A stretch of DNA of 64,000 bases from Massalongia carnosa (lineage: Eukaryota), in contig OZ287071.1 in assembly GCA_965645245.1 (NCBI GenBank), positions 2,046,001 through 2,110,000 on the forward strand, in the 5' to 3' direction. The notes below the pieces were generated by a model that worked only from the letters and a program-made list of their open reading frames with translations, was not told where the DNA came from and searched no databases. Both the position numbers and the translations under genes were made by a program. This document shows, piece by piece, positions 1-10,899 of this stretch (positions are counted from its first letter, which is position 1; each line of letters starts with the position of its first letter).

Positions 1-1704
1 AATACCAGTCCATGTGTTACCAATCCATCGCCGCATGGTGGGCTCGTCCACAATCTGATCCGCCCAAGTGGTCAAAGAATTCAGTACCTCATCGGGCATT
101 ATCAATGATGGGAAGTATCGCATATGTGAATTTGGGAACTTTTCCTGCGCCTTGGCCTCCCTCCATTCTCGAAGTTTAAGGGTGAACCAAGGCCGCCTAG
201 ACGAGTCACGCTCGGCCGTTCTATTTAACATCTCATTGGCGGCTGTTGATGTCTGAAAACTTGGATCGCAAATTGAACAGCAAGGTTGCGGCTTAACATA
301 GGCCGACGTTGGATACACTTTATCATTGAAGAAATTCAAGCCAATACCTCGAACGCAACCATCTGAAGGCACATTGATTATCTCCCAAAGACCCGGTGGC
401 ATATCTCGTCGCCGATCAGCATCCTTTTGATTGATGCGGCGTTTACTGGCCTTGGATTCAATCTCGATTCCCGCGTCATATCCGTCCTGTTCGTCCATTT
501 TTGATCCGCTTCTTGGACCCATGCACCAAGAAGGATGCAAAAGAGTAAAATGCGCCTGTCCTCGACCGCAACGCAAAGCACGACCTAAACGTTGGTATAG
601 CTTCGCCATTGACGAGGGTAGCAGCCATTGCGTAACTCTCATAACGTCTGGATTATCAATACCAAGCCCGTATGCATCCGTTGCGATCAGGATTCGAGGA
701 AATTTACATTGATTCGAGGGCATTTCGAAGCGAGCCGCAATCCTTTCTTTGTCTTGGGTGGCCATGTCGGAAAAGAAAGGCGCGACCCAACTAGCAGCCT
801 CAATTGGATAGGACAATTGATTCATCCATACTTTCATTAGCGCACACGCCTTTTTGATAGATGAAATTGAATCCATGAAGATAATCGTTTTCGGAATATC
901 AAAAGGACTCTCAGCCCGTGTTGGTAAAAGATGTTGAAGATCGATCATGCTGTTCATAGGCCGCTGTAGACTGCTTGTCTGTATGTATATCCCTGGACGA
1001 TCAAGCGCTGTTTGAATAACAGTACTTTCGTTATCAAAGCCACAGCGATCTTTAACGCTCTCTAGGGTTCTTGGATCCAGCGTTGCAGACGCACCCAGAA
1101 AAGGAATACCATCTGGTAATCGTGTACGAAGCACACCGAGATTGAAGTATTCGGGCCGGAAATCTCGCCATTCGGATACAAGATGCATCTCATCAAGAGC
1201 TAAAAGACATAAATTCAAGAAGAAACTTGGATGCCTCAGAACCTCCTGATTAAACAGCTTTGACGTCGCTATCTCTGGGCTAGTAAAAACTATTCATATT
1301 AACGAGTAAGTTTTTATATTTATCTCAATCATAATTTGAATACACACCATGCGTATAATTGTTTTCACGAATTAACTTTAAATTAGAAGAATTATTACTA
1401 TCACCGTCCAACACGAAAGGCTTGCATCCCTCGATAACGCTCAATTTCTTGCACTGTTGAGCTTCTAAGGTCTTGAGAGGCATGATAATTAAAGCGATCT
1501 TAAGACAAGAGAACATTAATGGCATAGCTTGAAAGATAATACTCTTTCTAAATCCAGTCTTGGCGATAAATATCAGATCCTTTTGATCTTGTGCTAAAGT
1601 CATGATAGCGTCAACTTGCTCATTCTTTGGATAAAAGCCGAATTTACTTAAAATCACGGTCGTCACCTGCTCGCGAGTTATCGACGCTATAGGATCGTCC
1701 ATTT
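1..1704 (-). CDS. RecQ-like superfamily-2 helicase (3' end outside window), probably transposon-encoded; Walker A altered
   Basis: Exon 1 MDDPIAS..EQVDAI..AKTGFRKS..IMPLKTLE; intron ~1291-1347; exon 2 reads open to the window edge with SPE, LALDEMH (motif II), SAT (III), ATDAYGLGID (V), QRLGRA (VI), a Cys-rich Zn segment (CVR..CCSIC) and an HRDC-like LREWR segment. Confidence 0.85.
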
Positions 1705-2160
1705 CGATGTGTTCGCGAGCGATATTCGACGATTCGCGAGTTGGATTCTTAGCCCGCAAAACGCACATCAAGCAAGTTCATCACATTCAACGATTTTAGG
1801 CTTTCGAAAACAACGCTCGGAGGATCAGATTAATGATCAGAAGCGCCGACAATGAAAAACTGGAGCTAGTGACCCGTTGAGTCTGCTGTGGTGGTGTCGA
1901 AATTTCGAGTCAAAGTCGAGTCCTCGTCGCGAGATCGATATTGCGACTCAATTTTGCATCGATATGTAATTAAAATATTGATTAATCGATAGAATGTATA
2001 TCAAAGCATCATTTCTATTATTACATAATTTATGAAATGTCGTTGCGCGTTGTTGATTCCGCCGTCAACTTGATTCTTGATGATTTTTGAGGTTAAGCCA
2101 AAAATTTGTATGAGCGCGCACCAAAATAAGCCGGATCTGACAAAAATACAGAGTTTTGCG

Positions 2161-2304
2161 CTCAGACGTGCCGCCCGTAGCATGCGTAGTCAGCTAAAGG
2201 GCCGCTAACCCGAAGGGAATTAGCGACGCTAACCCGAAGGGGCTTAGCGAAAATAGGCTAACCCGGAGGGGCTTAGCCGGCTCATAGAGCCACGCACGTC
2301 TGAG
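2161..2304. repeat. Three 21-bp imperfect palindromes enclosed by an 11-bp perfect inverted repeat
   Basis: GCTAACCCGAAGGGAATTAGC 2204-2224, GCTAACCCGAAGGGGCTTAGC 2228-2248, GCTAACCCGGAGGGGCTTAGC 2257-2277; CTCAGACGTGC 2161-2171 / GCACGTCTGAG 2294-2304. Confidence 0.9.
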
Positions 2305-2694
2305 GTACTGAGGCAACAGCTTTGTCAGAATCTCATTAACTAAATCGAGTTTAGACCCCTCTCAACGGCTTCAGGTCAAAGCTGTACCATCACCATCAAA
2401 GCGTACCAACGACAGGAGAACCTCATCTCCACCTTTTATCGTCTAACACCTCGTCAAACCTTCGTGCCGTACGTCTCCTAATAGGGGGAGATGAATACTG
2501 ATCGAATCTTCATGCAAAGGGGTTCGAGACAAATATAAAAGGAAGGACAAGTTAATTAGATACTCGTATTCACCCCCATTTGCAACACACCCCCATTTGC
2601 AGCACGCTAGTTAGTAAGCACTCGCATTAAAGTCCGCTAACTCCGGTATATCAAATTTTTTTCATTTCTCCCTCTTCTATCTGCATTGTCAACT

Positions 2695-3182
2695 TGTCAT
2701 GGAATTACCTCGCACCCTCCCACGTTTCCTGATCGGGTTAGTATTTAACAGGCTCTCTTGCCGTGAAACCTGCCCTGCATGTTGAATAGAACCGTGGCTC
2801 GTTATTCCGAACTATCCTTAAAACCTCACCCCATGTGTTCAGACCTTCTTCCGCTGCCTTCAGTGCACTCCCAAACTCCTACATCCCGAATCCAATCTCA
2901 ACGTCTCCACTATCCAAGCCTACGACTGGGATTGCCCAGCAGAGAGAGATTGCTTCGGCATGGAGAAAGGCGGAACAGGTCAAAGCGATCATGGTTAGGA
3001 AATTAGAACGAACAGAGATGAGGGCAAGTCAAGAATAGGGGAGTTGGAAGCCATGGCTATAAAACCTATGTGGTTTCTCAGGTGTTTGGAGCTCTTCGTC
3101 GGACGTCTTGTATACTATCCCTAGACCTAGCTTTCTAATAGTAACTCTTGCATATCTCCCTATCTGCACCTTGTCCGTGACA
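2695..3182 (+). mobile_element. Solo LTR (488 bp) inside the Fot1 5' region
   Basis: TGTCATGG...CCGTGACA termini; 5-bp TSD CAACT at 2690-2694 and 3183-3187; TATAAAA at 3058. Confidence 0.9.
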
Positions 3183-3200
3183 CAACTCAATTAATTCATT

Positions 3201-5044
3201 ATGAACTCAGCAGACGAACTGCCCAAAGAGGAGCGCATTCAGCTTGCTATTGCTGCTTATAGAGAGTCATTTAATGACTGGGAAGCCGGTCCCAAAGCTC
3301 TCGAAGACAAGCCATCCGTTCGAAAAATCGCCCGTAAGCATGGTATCATTCATTCCACCCTTACTAGACGACTTGCAGAAACGAAAACTCATAAAGAAGC
3401 TGCTCTATTGCAGCAGCGATTACTTCCGGAGGAGGAATCCGCTCTCGTGGACTGGACAATACAAATGGAGGCATGGGGCTGGCCTCCTCGTGTAACACAA
3501 CTTCGCTTTATGGCGTTAGAAATGCTGATAAAGCGAGACGATCGCAACGATTTGGGTATCAATTGGGTGAGCAAATTTTTATCCCGTCATAAAGAGTTGG
3601 ATACTGTGTTTTGTCAGGCATTGGACAAGGAAAGAGCTTTAATGCATAATACGGAAATGCTCAATCAATGGTTTCAGCTGTACGCAAAGAATTTTAATCA
3701 ATACAAATTCAATGAGGAGGACTGCTACAATATGGATGAAAAAGGATTTGCTATGGGACTAGTGGGCAAGCTCAGAGTAATTTGCTCTAAGCATTATCGA
3801 CCAGCATTATTGACTCAATGCGGTAATAGAGAATGGGTTTCTCTGATCGAATGTGTATCTGCTGATGGAGCGGTTCTTAAACCATGGGTTATTTTCAAAG
3901 GTAAACAACAGCAAAAGGCCTGGCGTTCATTTATCAAGAAGGTGGTCACATTGCTCTGAGTGAGAATGGATGGACAAACAATGAAATCGGTCTGGATTGG
4001 TTAAAGCAGTGTTTTGAACCGGAAACACGAAGCCGTTTAAAAGGTCGCTATCGTCTTCTTATTCTCGATGGACATGCTTCTCATCTTACTTCAGAAGCGA
4101 TTCAGTTTTGTAAGGAAAAAGACATCATTCTTTTATGTCTTCCTTCTCATTCAACGGACATGCTTCAGCCTTTAGACGTTGGTGTTTTTTATCCATTGTC
4201 TACAGCCTATCGGGTGGAACTGGAGAAGTATATTAGACTAGGAGTTGGTTATTCAATTGATAAAGCAGACTTTCTGCTTCTTTATCAAAAGTCTCGAAAC
4301 AGAGCTTTATCCACTCAAAATATTCAGCATGCCTGGTCCAAAAGTGGGTTGTTTCCATTCAATCCTGCTATAGTTCTTCAAAAACTTCCTAGTCCACCTC
4401 ATCCTTCTACGCCTCCGAAAATGACAGTCACGAGTTCAAATGATGTCTCTGTTTCAGTGGCATTTACTCTAGCAAATGCTGATCAAGTCAATACTTTGAT
4501 GGAGCAATTGACTGACAATGACTCAAATCAATTGATTCTCGACAAGCTTGGAAAGGCCTGCAAATCCGCGTTGGCAAGCAGTCATCTTCTCAGGATTACA
4601 AACGAAGAACTTCTTGTAGCTGCTCGTCGTAAACACGAAAGAGCAAATCGAGCGAAGGGACATTATGGTACTGCTAGAATCATGAATTCGGAGGTTCTCG
4701 AGGAACGAGAGCAAAAGCTAGCTAGCAAAGAAAAGGAAAAGATTGATAAACAAATGACCAAAGAGTTCAATCTTTTGGTGAAATCTTTCAACAAACTCAG
4801 TCCCGATTTATTCATGGAGTCAAAACAACGCAGTCCCATCAAGAAAGCTCTTCAAAGGCCTCCGATGCTTCCTCCGCCTTCGGGTTCAATCATACTTCTC
4901 TCGCCCAGTCCTATCAAGAAGCGATCAAGAGGAAATTCATTGCCAAAAAAGACTTTCATGATTGGGCCGGAGGCGAATAGAATGAAAGAAATGCGCATCA
5001 GTCGAAGTGGTAGGATAATAAAGCCGTCGCAAAGGCTTGATTAA
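3201..5044 (+). pseudogene. Fot1/pogo transposase (HTH + DDD) with one frameshift near 3925-3935
   Basis: HTH/CENP-B-like N-terminus, NMDEKG; the shifted frame gives SENGWTNNEIGLDWL..LILDGHASH..QPLDVG and joins ORF 4160-5044. Confidence 0.9.
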
Positions 5045-5724
5045 AGAACTAGAAACTCGCCTCGTACGCATGATCCTCCTCCTCCTAGCCAATAAAAAGT
5101 CTCTGTACGTATAAATAGTCCTTTCACAAGTTCATTTGCCCTGAGTTTATCTGTCAAATGATGTTGATGGGACTTCAGGACCTATCCTAAAAATTCCCTC
5201 CGATCCAACACAAGCAACGCCTTCTTGATCAACAGTATCGCTTTTTCGAAGCTCAAACTGGAAGACCTCGTTGATTAGAGGACATCGATTGGTCAAGGGA
5301 AAGTTATTAGGACAGTCTGCTGCTGTCAGACAGCTGGAAAGTAGGAGTGAAAAGATGAGGTTTAAACGTACATACAAAGCTCAATTCCAGTTCTTTTGAT
5401 GCAGCCATTGGGTTATATTTAAGGTCAATAAATGTTCAGATTATTCCGAACCGACTTCATCAGTTGGCTTGCAATTACTAGCAATTTTGGTGGCATGCGA
5501 AGCTGAAAGGTAAAGGTTTTTAGGATTTTGGTGGGGTGCTTACTAACTAGCGTGTTGCAAATGGGGGTGTGTTGCAAATGGGGGTGAATACGAGTAGTTG
5601 ACTCCTTGTCCGACGTCTTGTATAGCAATCCATCACCTAGCTATAGCCTTATTAATAAAGACATCTTGATCACCCAAGCCAATTCCTAGGAACATTAGTT
5701 CAATCCCCTGCCCAGTCCTTGACA

Positions 5725-6314
5725 GCTCGGATGGGGTTTCGTACAATTCGAACTAATCTTTTAGAGTTTCAGAGCTGCCAGCATCCTTTCTGGATCGATC
5801 CAAGTTTCTAGTGTATTTGATTTTGCATTCAAGATGCCTGTTTAAGAAATTTTTGTACCAATGCTGACCCAACGAATTCTTGTCCCCTTTGGCCTCCAAA
5901 AGACTATTAGCCATGCCTTCCAAGTGTTGAATGCGAGGTGGCCAACCCTATGCAGTCATCCGCTCTATCTAATCAATCAAAGCCTGTTCTTCTTGTACAT
6001 TTAGCCTTTGAGTGGCTTGATGATAATGCTCTGCGGCCCGTCTGCCTTTGAGCCTGGCTTGTAAAGTCGACTGAGGAACTCCGTAAAGGCGCGCTATTTC
6101 CCGCTGCGAAACGCCCGGATTTTTAGCTAATTCTTCGATAGCCAACTGTAATCTAGTTGCAGGGTCATGTACGGATATATTTACAAACATTTTTATATAC
6201 AAATAATAGATAAATGAATAGTGGTGGTAGATGGGGAGGAAAGAATTTTTTTTGTTACTAGATTTAATAGGGTGACCCGATTGGGTGGCTGACCCGAATG
6301 GGTGGCTAAGACGT
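5725..6314 (-). mobile_element. Truncated Fot1/pogo remnant (one TIR plus decayed transposase N-terminus)
   Basis: Minus strand TA|ACGTCTTAGCCACCCATTCGGGTCAGCCACCCAATCGGG end at 6314; HTH ORF 5969-6202 continues through TAG stops (ID*IERMTA*GWPP, KD*FELY). Confidence 0.85.
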
Positions 6315-6332
6315 TATGCCGAAGGCGGGATC

Positions 6333-7444
6333 TGTCACGGTTCTACTCGGCACTACTTTGGTAGACCGGAGCGGAACAAGTGTAATAGGGTAGGCCTAGT
6401 ATGCGTTCGTTGAACGTAAGACTGGCCTATGTGGCTATGTGGGATACGTACAGCCAAAACAACCACCAAGACAATAATGTCCCGCCTAACCCAGTTAGGC
6501 ATAGTGTGGGGACTTAACTTATTATGGAGGAGTTTTCGTAGTACACGAAGTATCCCCTCGCCTCGCCTCACCTCCCCTAGCTCACCTGCCTAGTCTTATC
6601 TACCCGTGTCTTTCGGTGTCCGAAGTTTTTCGGAGTCCGAAAATACCAGGTAGTATGGGCAAGGTATGGAAGAAGAGCTTAGGTTATGGATTGTCCTATC
6701 CTATATAGATCAATGATCAAGCACTTTAAAAGGGTAGCATTTAGTCTACACTTTGACCCGACCGTACCTATTTTGTACCTCTATTGTGACCATCACGTTG
6801 TGTAGCCCCTGTGGATCCCATCTTCCAGTAGTGAATGCCTGCTGGGAGAAGGTCTCCCCGTTTCAACAAGCCACAGGCCGAAGTCACGGGATCGCGTATT
6901 ATGGTAGGGCGACATGTGTCATCTATGGTCAGGTGACATGGCAGGCCTGTGTGGGGATAAAACGGGTTTTTTGCTGGCGTTTTTCTTCATCATCTCCGGA
7001 CATCATCTTCTATCACCTACGCTGTCATCATCATCGTCGTGTCACGTAGTCATCGACACACGTTTATTTCGTGCATCAACTAGTCGTTCATTCGCTCAGT
7101 CGTCGACTTCTTTTCATATCTATGCAGTCGTAGGTCCATTCAGACGTTTGTGTGTGTGTGTATGTTCACTGCTCAGTTCGCCATCTATCATCACGTACCA
7201 CTACCTTCCATTAGCACGCACGAATACCCTTCTTTAGTATGCGCGCTAGACTTATCGCGGCATTCACGGTTTCCATAGCTGGTCAATGCTCGAACCTTCT
7301 AGATCCTTCCACGAGTCGGTTGAGGGCTAGGGGCCGCTGGACTATATAGGGGCGAGATTTGTCTTTCAATTATTCTTTTCTTCTTTATCTTGATTGTATT
7401 CGTTTCTGGTGTCCCTATGGCTAGTCTCTAGGTAGATCATAACA
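6333..7444. mobile_element. Solo LTR-like element (~770 bp without its nested insert)
   Basis: TGTCACGG...TCATAACA termini; 5-bp TSD GGATC at 6328-6332 and 7445-7449. Confidence 0.75.
6900..7236. mobile_element. Solo LTR family B, copy 1 (termini mutated TG>TA and CA>TA)
   Basis: Colinear with 10553-10899; 4-bp TSD GTAT at 6896-6899 and 7237-7240. Confidence 0.85.
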
Positions 7445-8337
7445 GGATCGTAATATCCGGTAATTGTGCTAGACTACTTTCGGAATAAAGAGAGCACCCC
7501 TTAGTGCTTACCGGCTCAAAGACGCATTTTTCAACTCCTCAAAATTTAAAAAAAAATCAGACCTCCATGAAAAGACGTCCAAATAGCTTCATTTCGGGTT
7601 TAAAATCTACGGCTTAGTCTGTTCTACAAACAGGCTCTGCCCTAGTAAAAATCGGGCGTTGTATAACTGGGTTGATGAGGCCTTTTTCCCTTTATAAGCC
7701 TCTCTTTGTTCCTTTCGTCTAGCCTTTCTTTTTTTTTGACGAATTGAACATAATTCTCTACATTGAATTACTTTTATGACTCCACCCTTTGCAGCTACAT
7801 GACCCACGAGAGCGGCCCGACTTTTACGCGATGTGGTAGCTTTTTACACTTGCTGAAGGTCCCGCGTAGTCAAATCTAGGGTGTTGGCGGAGGTGATGGA
7901 GGCCCTAATAAATTTCTGAAAACCGTCTACTTTTTTTTATTTATCTATCTAACAATCGGCCCAGCCGCGGTCAATGCCCTTTGCAATTTGTGACCGAGTT
8001 TTCTGATTGATTCGGGGCCTCAAGGGGTGCCCTCATGAAATTGAAGAGATGCGGGGTTCGGGATGCGGGGTTCATTCATAATTTCCAAGGCTACAGCTTA
8101 CTTCTGACGAATGACGTCGAGTACCATGTTCGGATAGAATGGGACAATGCCGGTGGTCCTTAATGCATGACGAATATTAGATAATTTGAATGTCTTATTG
8201 CGAAATTCCTAGAATGCGGCTACAAATTCCAATTTTCCAAATTCCGTGTCTCCTATTCTTATCGCATGATCAATGGCCTCAGCATAATAGTGTTTGTACG
8301 GCTGAAAAATACCCAATTCTAACGGCTAAGTCCAATG

Positions 8338-8508
8338 TGTGACGAAGCGAGATAGTGAATAGATTTCTACCATTGCGCCACCTATCCTTCCCGACCAAAA
8401 GGCACAATACTTAGTTCGCAGACCAAGCTCTATTCTACTATAACTGGGTCTCCTGCTATATTCGCTGTAGATCCTGCCGTCCGCACCACGCTTGGTCGAA
8501 CCGTTACA
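8338..8508 (-). mobile_element. Solo LTR family A (171 bp), copy 1
   Basis: TGTAACGG...CGTCACA on minus strand; TSD CAATG at 8333-8337 and 8509-8513. Confidence 0.9.
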
Positions 8509-8588
8509 CAATGAGTAGAATGTGCTGGAAGACGAAATAGAACGATCTGTGACGAAGCGAGATAGTAAATAGATTTCTACCATTGTGC

Positions 8589-9156
8589 TGTCACGGTGCG
8601 AGGTCTGGTAGGAATTCAGGTGGTGCAAACTTATTACTTGATTGTCTAGCTAGGTAGACAAGACGTTCGACAAGGAGAAAAGAAACAGAAATTCCAACGT
8701 GGGCGAGTATAAGACTCTGGCAAACGGAACTAGTCCTAATCCAGCCGTTGATCTAATTTCCCAAGTCCCTGGCATATATAACGGTTCGACCAAGCGTGTT
8801 GCGGACGGCAGGACCTACAGCGAACATAGCAGGAGTCCCAGTTATAGTAGAATAGAGCTTGGTCTGCGGACTAAGTATTGTGCCTTTTGGTCGGGAAGGA
8901 CAGGTGGCGCAATGGTAGAAATCTATTCACTATCTCGCTTCGTCACAGCATAAACTATCGCTATGACACTATTGATAGTCCGAACACTTACCTTAAGCCG
9001 GAACACTTACCTTTGCCCTGACTGAACCGGATTAAGCTTAGTTCCTTTCGGATCGGCTAGCCCGCTAGTGCTTCGTTCAAGCAGCTAAGGTTAGTTCAAT
9101 TAAACTAAAGGTTGATTCAATGAACTAACTGGCAGGTGCCTAGTCACTCCATGACA
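8589..9156 (-). mobile_element. Solo LTR (~390 bp without nested insert)
   Basis: TGTCACGG...CCATGACA termini; TSD TGTGC/TGCGC (one transition); carries CTCCTTGTCGAACGTCTTGT motif on minus strand. Confidence 0.8.
8777..8947 (+). mobile_element. Solo LTR family A, copy 3
   Basis: TATAACGG (TG>TA)...CGTCACA; TSD GCATA at 8772-8776 and 8948-8952. Confidence 0.9.
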
Positions 9157-10016
9157 TGCGCCACCTGTCTTTACACAATACTTAGTTCGCAGACCAAGTT
9201 CTATTCTACAGTACTAGGTCAAAAGTTTCCGACAACTCCCCATCAACTTTTTACCCCCCCCACTGCTTTGAATTATCAACAACCAAGTTTTTATTTTATG
9301 CCTTGAAACTTGGTACGATGATTACATACATTCTAGCAAGGAATTTGGGATGAGAAATATCTTTTTAATATTTCGTATACCATCCTTTCGATTGGATGCA
9401 AGCTTCAATCCTCCTTTCCATGCTCTCTATTAAACTTCTCAACATTTCCTCATCTATCAAGGTCTATGCTTCTTCCAACGCTTTCCAAAGTACCTCGCGG
9501 ACCTTATCATCACTACCAGTCACCGAATCGATGTCCGGATTGACTTGATAAAAGAGCTGTTTGAGCACATACCAAACGTGCTTGATGGGGTTCAAATCAG
9601 GAGAATAAGGAGGCCAATCGATGATTGTTATACCGTTTTCATCGAACCATTTCTTCACCTTTTTGGCAGTATGAAGCGGTGCATTATCCTGTATGAAAAT
9701 GAAGCCCGGTTCCCAAATTTCAAGCAGATTATCGTTCAATAATTCCAAATATGAATTCGCGGAGTACCCCATCTTCTTTGCTTCGAAATCGCGGGCCAAT
9801 TTGTAAAGATCTGACCTTTCTCTCATACACAAAGCCCCCCATACCATAACCTTGACCTCCTTGCCTTTGGCGTACGGTTGTATCATAGGTTTTTTCCATT
9901 TTTCCTCCGGAAATCTGAACATCCATTGACGCTATTTTCCTGACCCCTTTTCCACCGAACACTCGTCTGACCATATAATTTTTGACCATTGCTCAGAAGT
10001 CCACTCACGCCGAAGC

Positions 10017-10187
10017 TGTAACGGTTCGACCAAGCGTGGTGCGGACGGCAGGACCTACAGCGAACATAGCAGGAGTCCCAGTTATAGTAGAATAGAGCTT
10101 GGTCTGCGGACTAAGTACTGTGCCTTTTGGTCGGGAAGGACAGGTGGCGCAATGGTAGAAATCTATTCACTATCTCGCTTCGTCACA
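10017..10187 (+). mobile_element. Solo LTR family A, copy 4
   Basis: TGTAACGG...CGTCACA; TSD GAAGC at 10012-10016 and 10188-10192. Confidence 0.9.
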
Positions 10188-10552
10188 GAAGCAAGCACCA
10201 TTCTAATCTCCTCTTTGCCACCTCGGGCGTCAATAAAGGCCGCTTTTAGCCAGCCAGTTTGTTATACCGTAGTCTCTGAGCGTCCGATAGAGAGTGGATC
10301 GACTGCATTGCACCCCGGCCTCCGTACGCAGCTGCGCATAGGTGATGCGTGGATTGATTCGTGTAAATTTGATGATACGTCTTCTATCGCGATCCGAAAA
10401 TATTCCAGGCCGACCTGATCGCGATTTAGACTTTTCGTTGTTGCGTTCTGAGTGCTTTTGAAGAGTGTAAATGACGGTGGTTCGAGGCACATTTAATGTC
10501 TTTGCAATTTCGGCCGGTGCATGCCCCAACGCCTGGGCTCCAATAATCATAC

Positions 10553-10899
10553 TGTGGTGGGGCGACATATGTCATCTATAGTCAGGTGACATGGTATGCC
10601 TGTGTGGGGATGAAACGGGTTTTTTGCTGCCGTTTTCTTCATCATCTCCGGACATCATCTTCTATCACCTACGCTGTCATCATCATCGTCGTGTCACGTA
10701 GTCATCGACACACGTTCATTTCGTTGCATCAACTAGTCGTTCAGTCGTTCAGTCGTTCAGTCGTCGAGTTCTTTTCATGTCTATGCAGTCGTAGGTCTAT
10801 TCGGACGTTTAAGTGTGTGTGTGTGTGTTTACTGCTCAGTTCGCCATCTATCATCACGTACCACCACCTTCCATTAGCACGCACGACTACCCTTCTTCA
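10553..10899. mobile_element. Solo LTR family B (347 bp), copy 2
   Basis: TG...CA termini; TSD ATAC at 10549-10552 and 10900-10903; removal restores the transposase frame QRG-MIIGAQALG. Confidence 0.9.

Larger units (their letters stand above)
1..2310 (-). mobile_element. Candidate helicase-carrying DNA transposon (AcademH-like), one end only
   Basis: Compact RecQ-like gene inside a TE island, followed by a structured repeat block ending in GCACGTCTGAGGTACTG (minus strand begins CAGTACC); other end and transposase not in window. Confidence 0.45.
2563..5594 (+). mobile_element. Fot1/pogo-family (Tc1-mariner) DNA transposon, full length
   Basis: 59-bp TIRs (2563-2621 / 5536-5594, one mismatch) containing two CACCCCCATTTGCA direct repeats; TA on both sides; DDD transposase inside. 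Confidence 0.95.
2323..5724 (+). mobile_element. Solo LTR (~370 bp) split by the Fot1 element (pieces 2323-2562 and 5597-5724)
   Basis: TGTCA..TGACA termini; flanks GCTT/GCTC (one mismatch); TATAAAA plus CTCCTTGTCCGACGTCTTGTATA motif with the same 27-nt spacing as LTR 2695-3182 once the Fot1 is removed. Confidence 0.6.

Noticed and set aside
2204..2277. CRISPR-like array of palindromic repeats
   Set aside because: Spacers are only 3 and 8 nt, the host is eukaryotic, and there are no cas genes
1..2310. Telomere-linked helicase or housekeeping SGS1
   Set aside because: No long N-terminal region and no (TTAGGG)n tract in the window; disfavoured, not excluded
5147..5377. Small secreted Cys-rich effector
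   Set aside because: Starts at TTG, and the apparent signal peptide coincides with an intron-like pyrimidine tract
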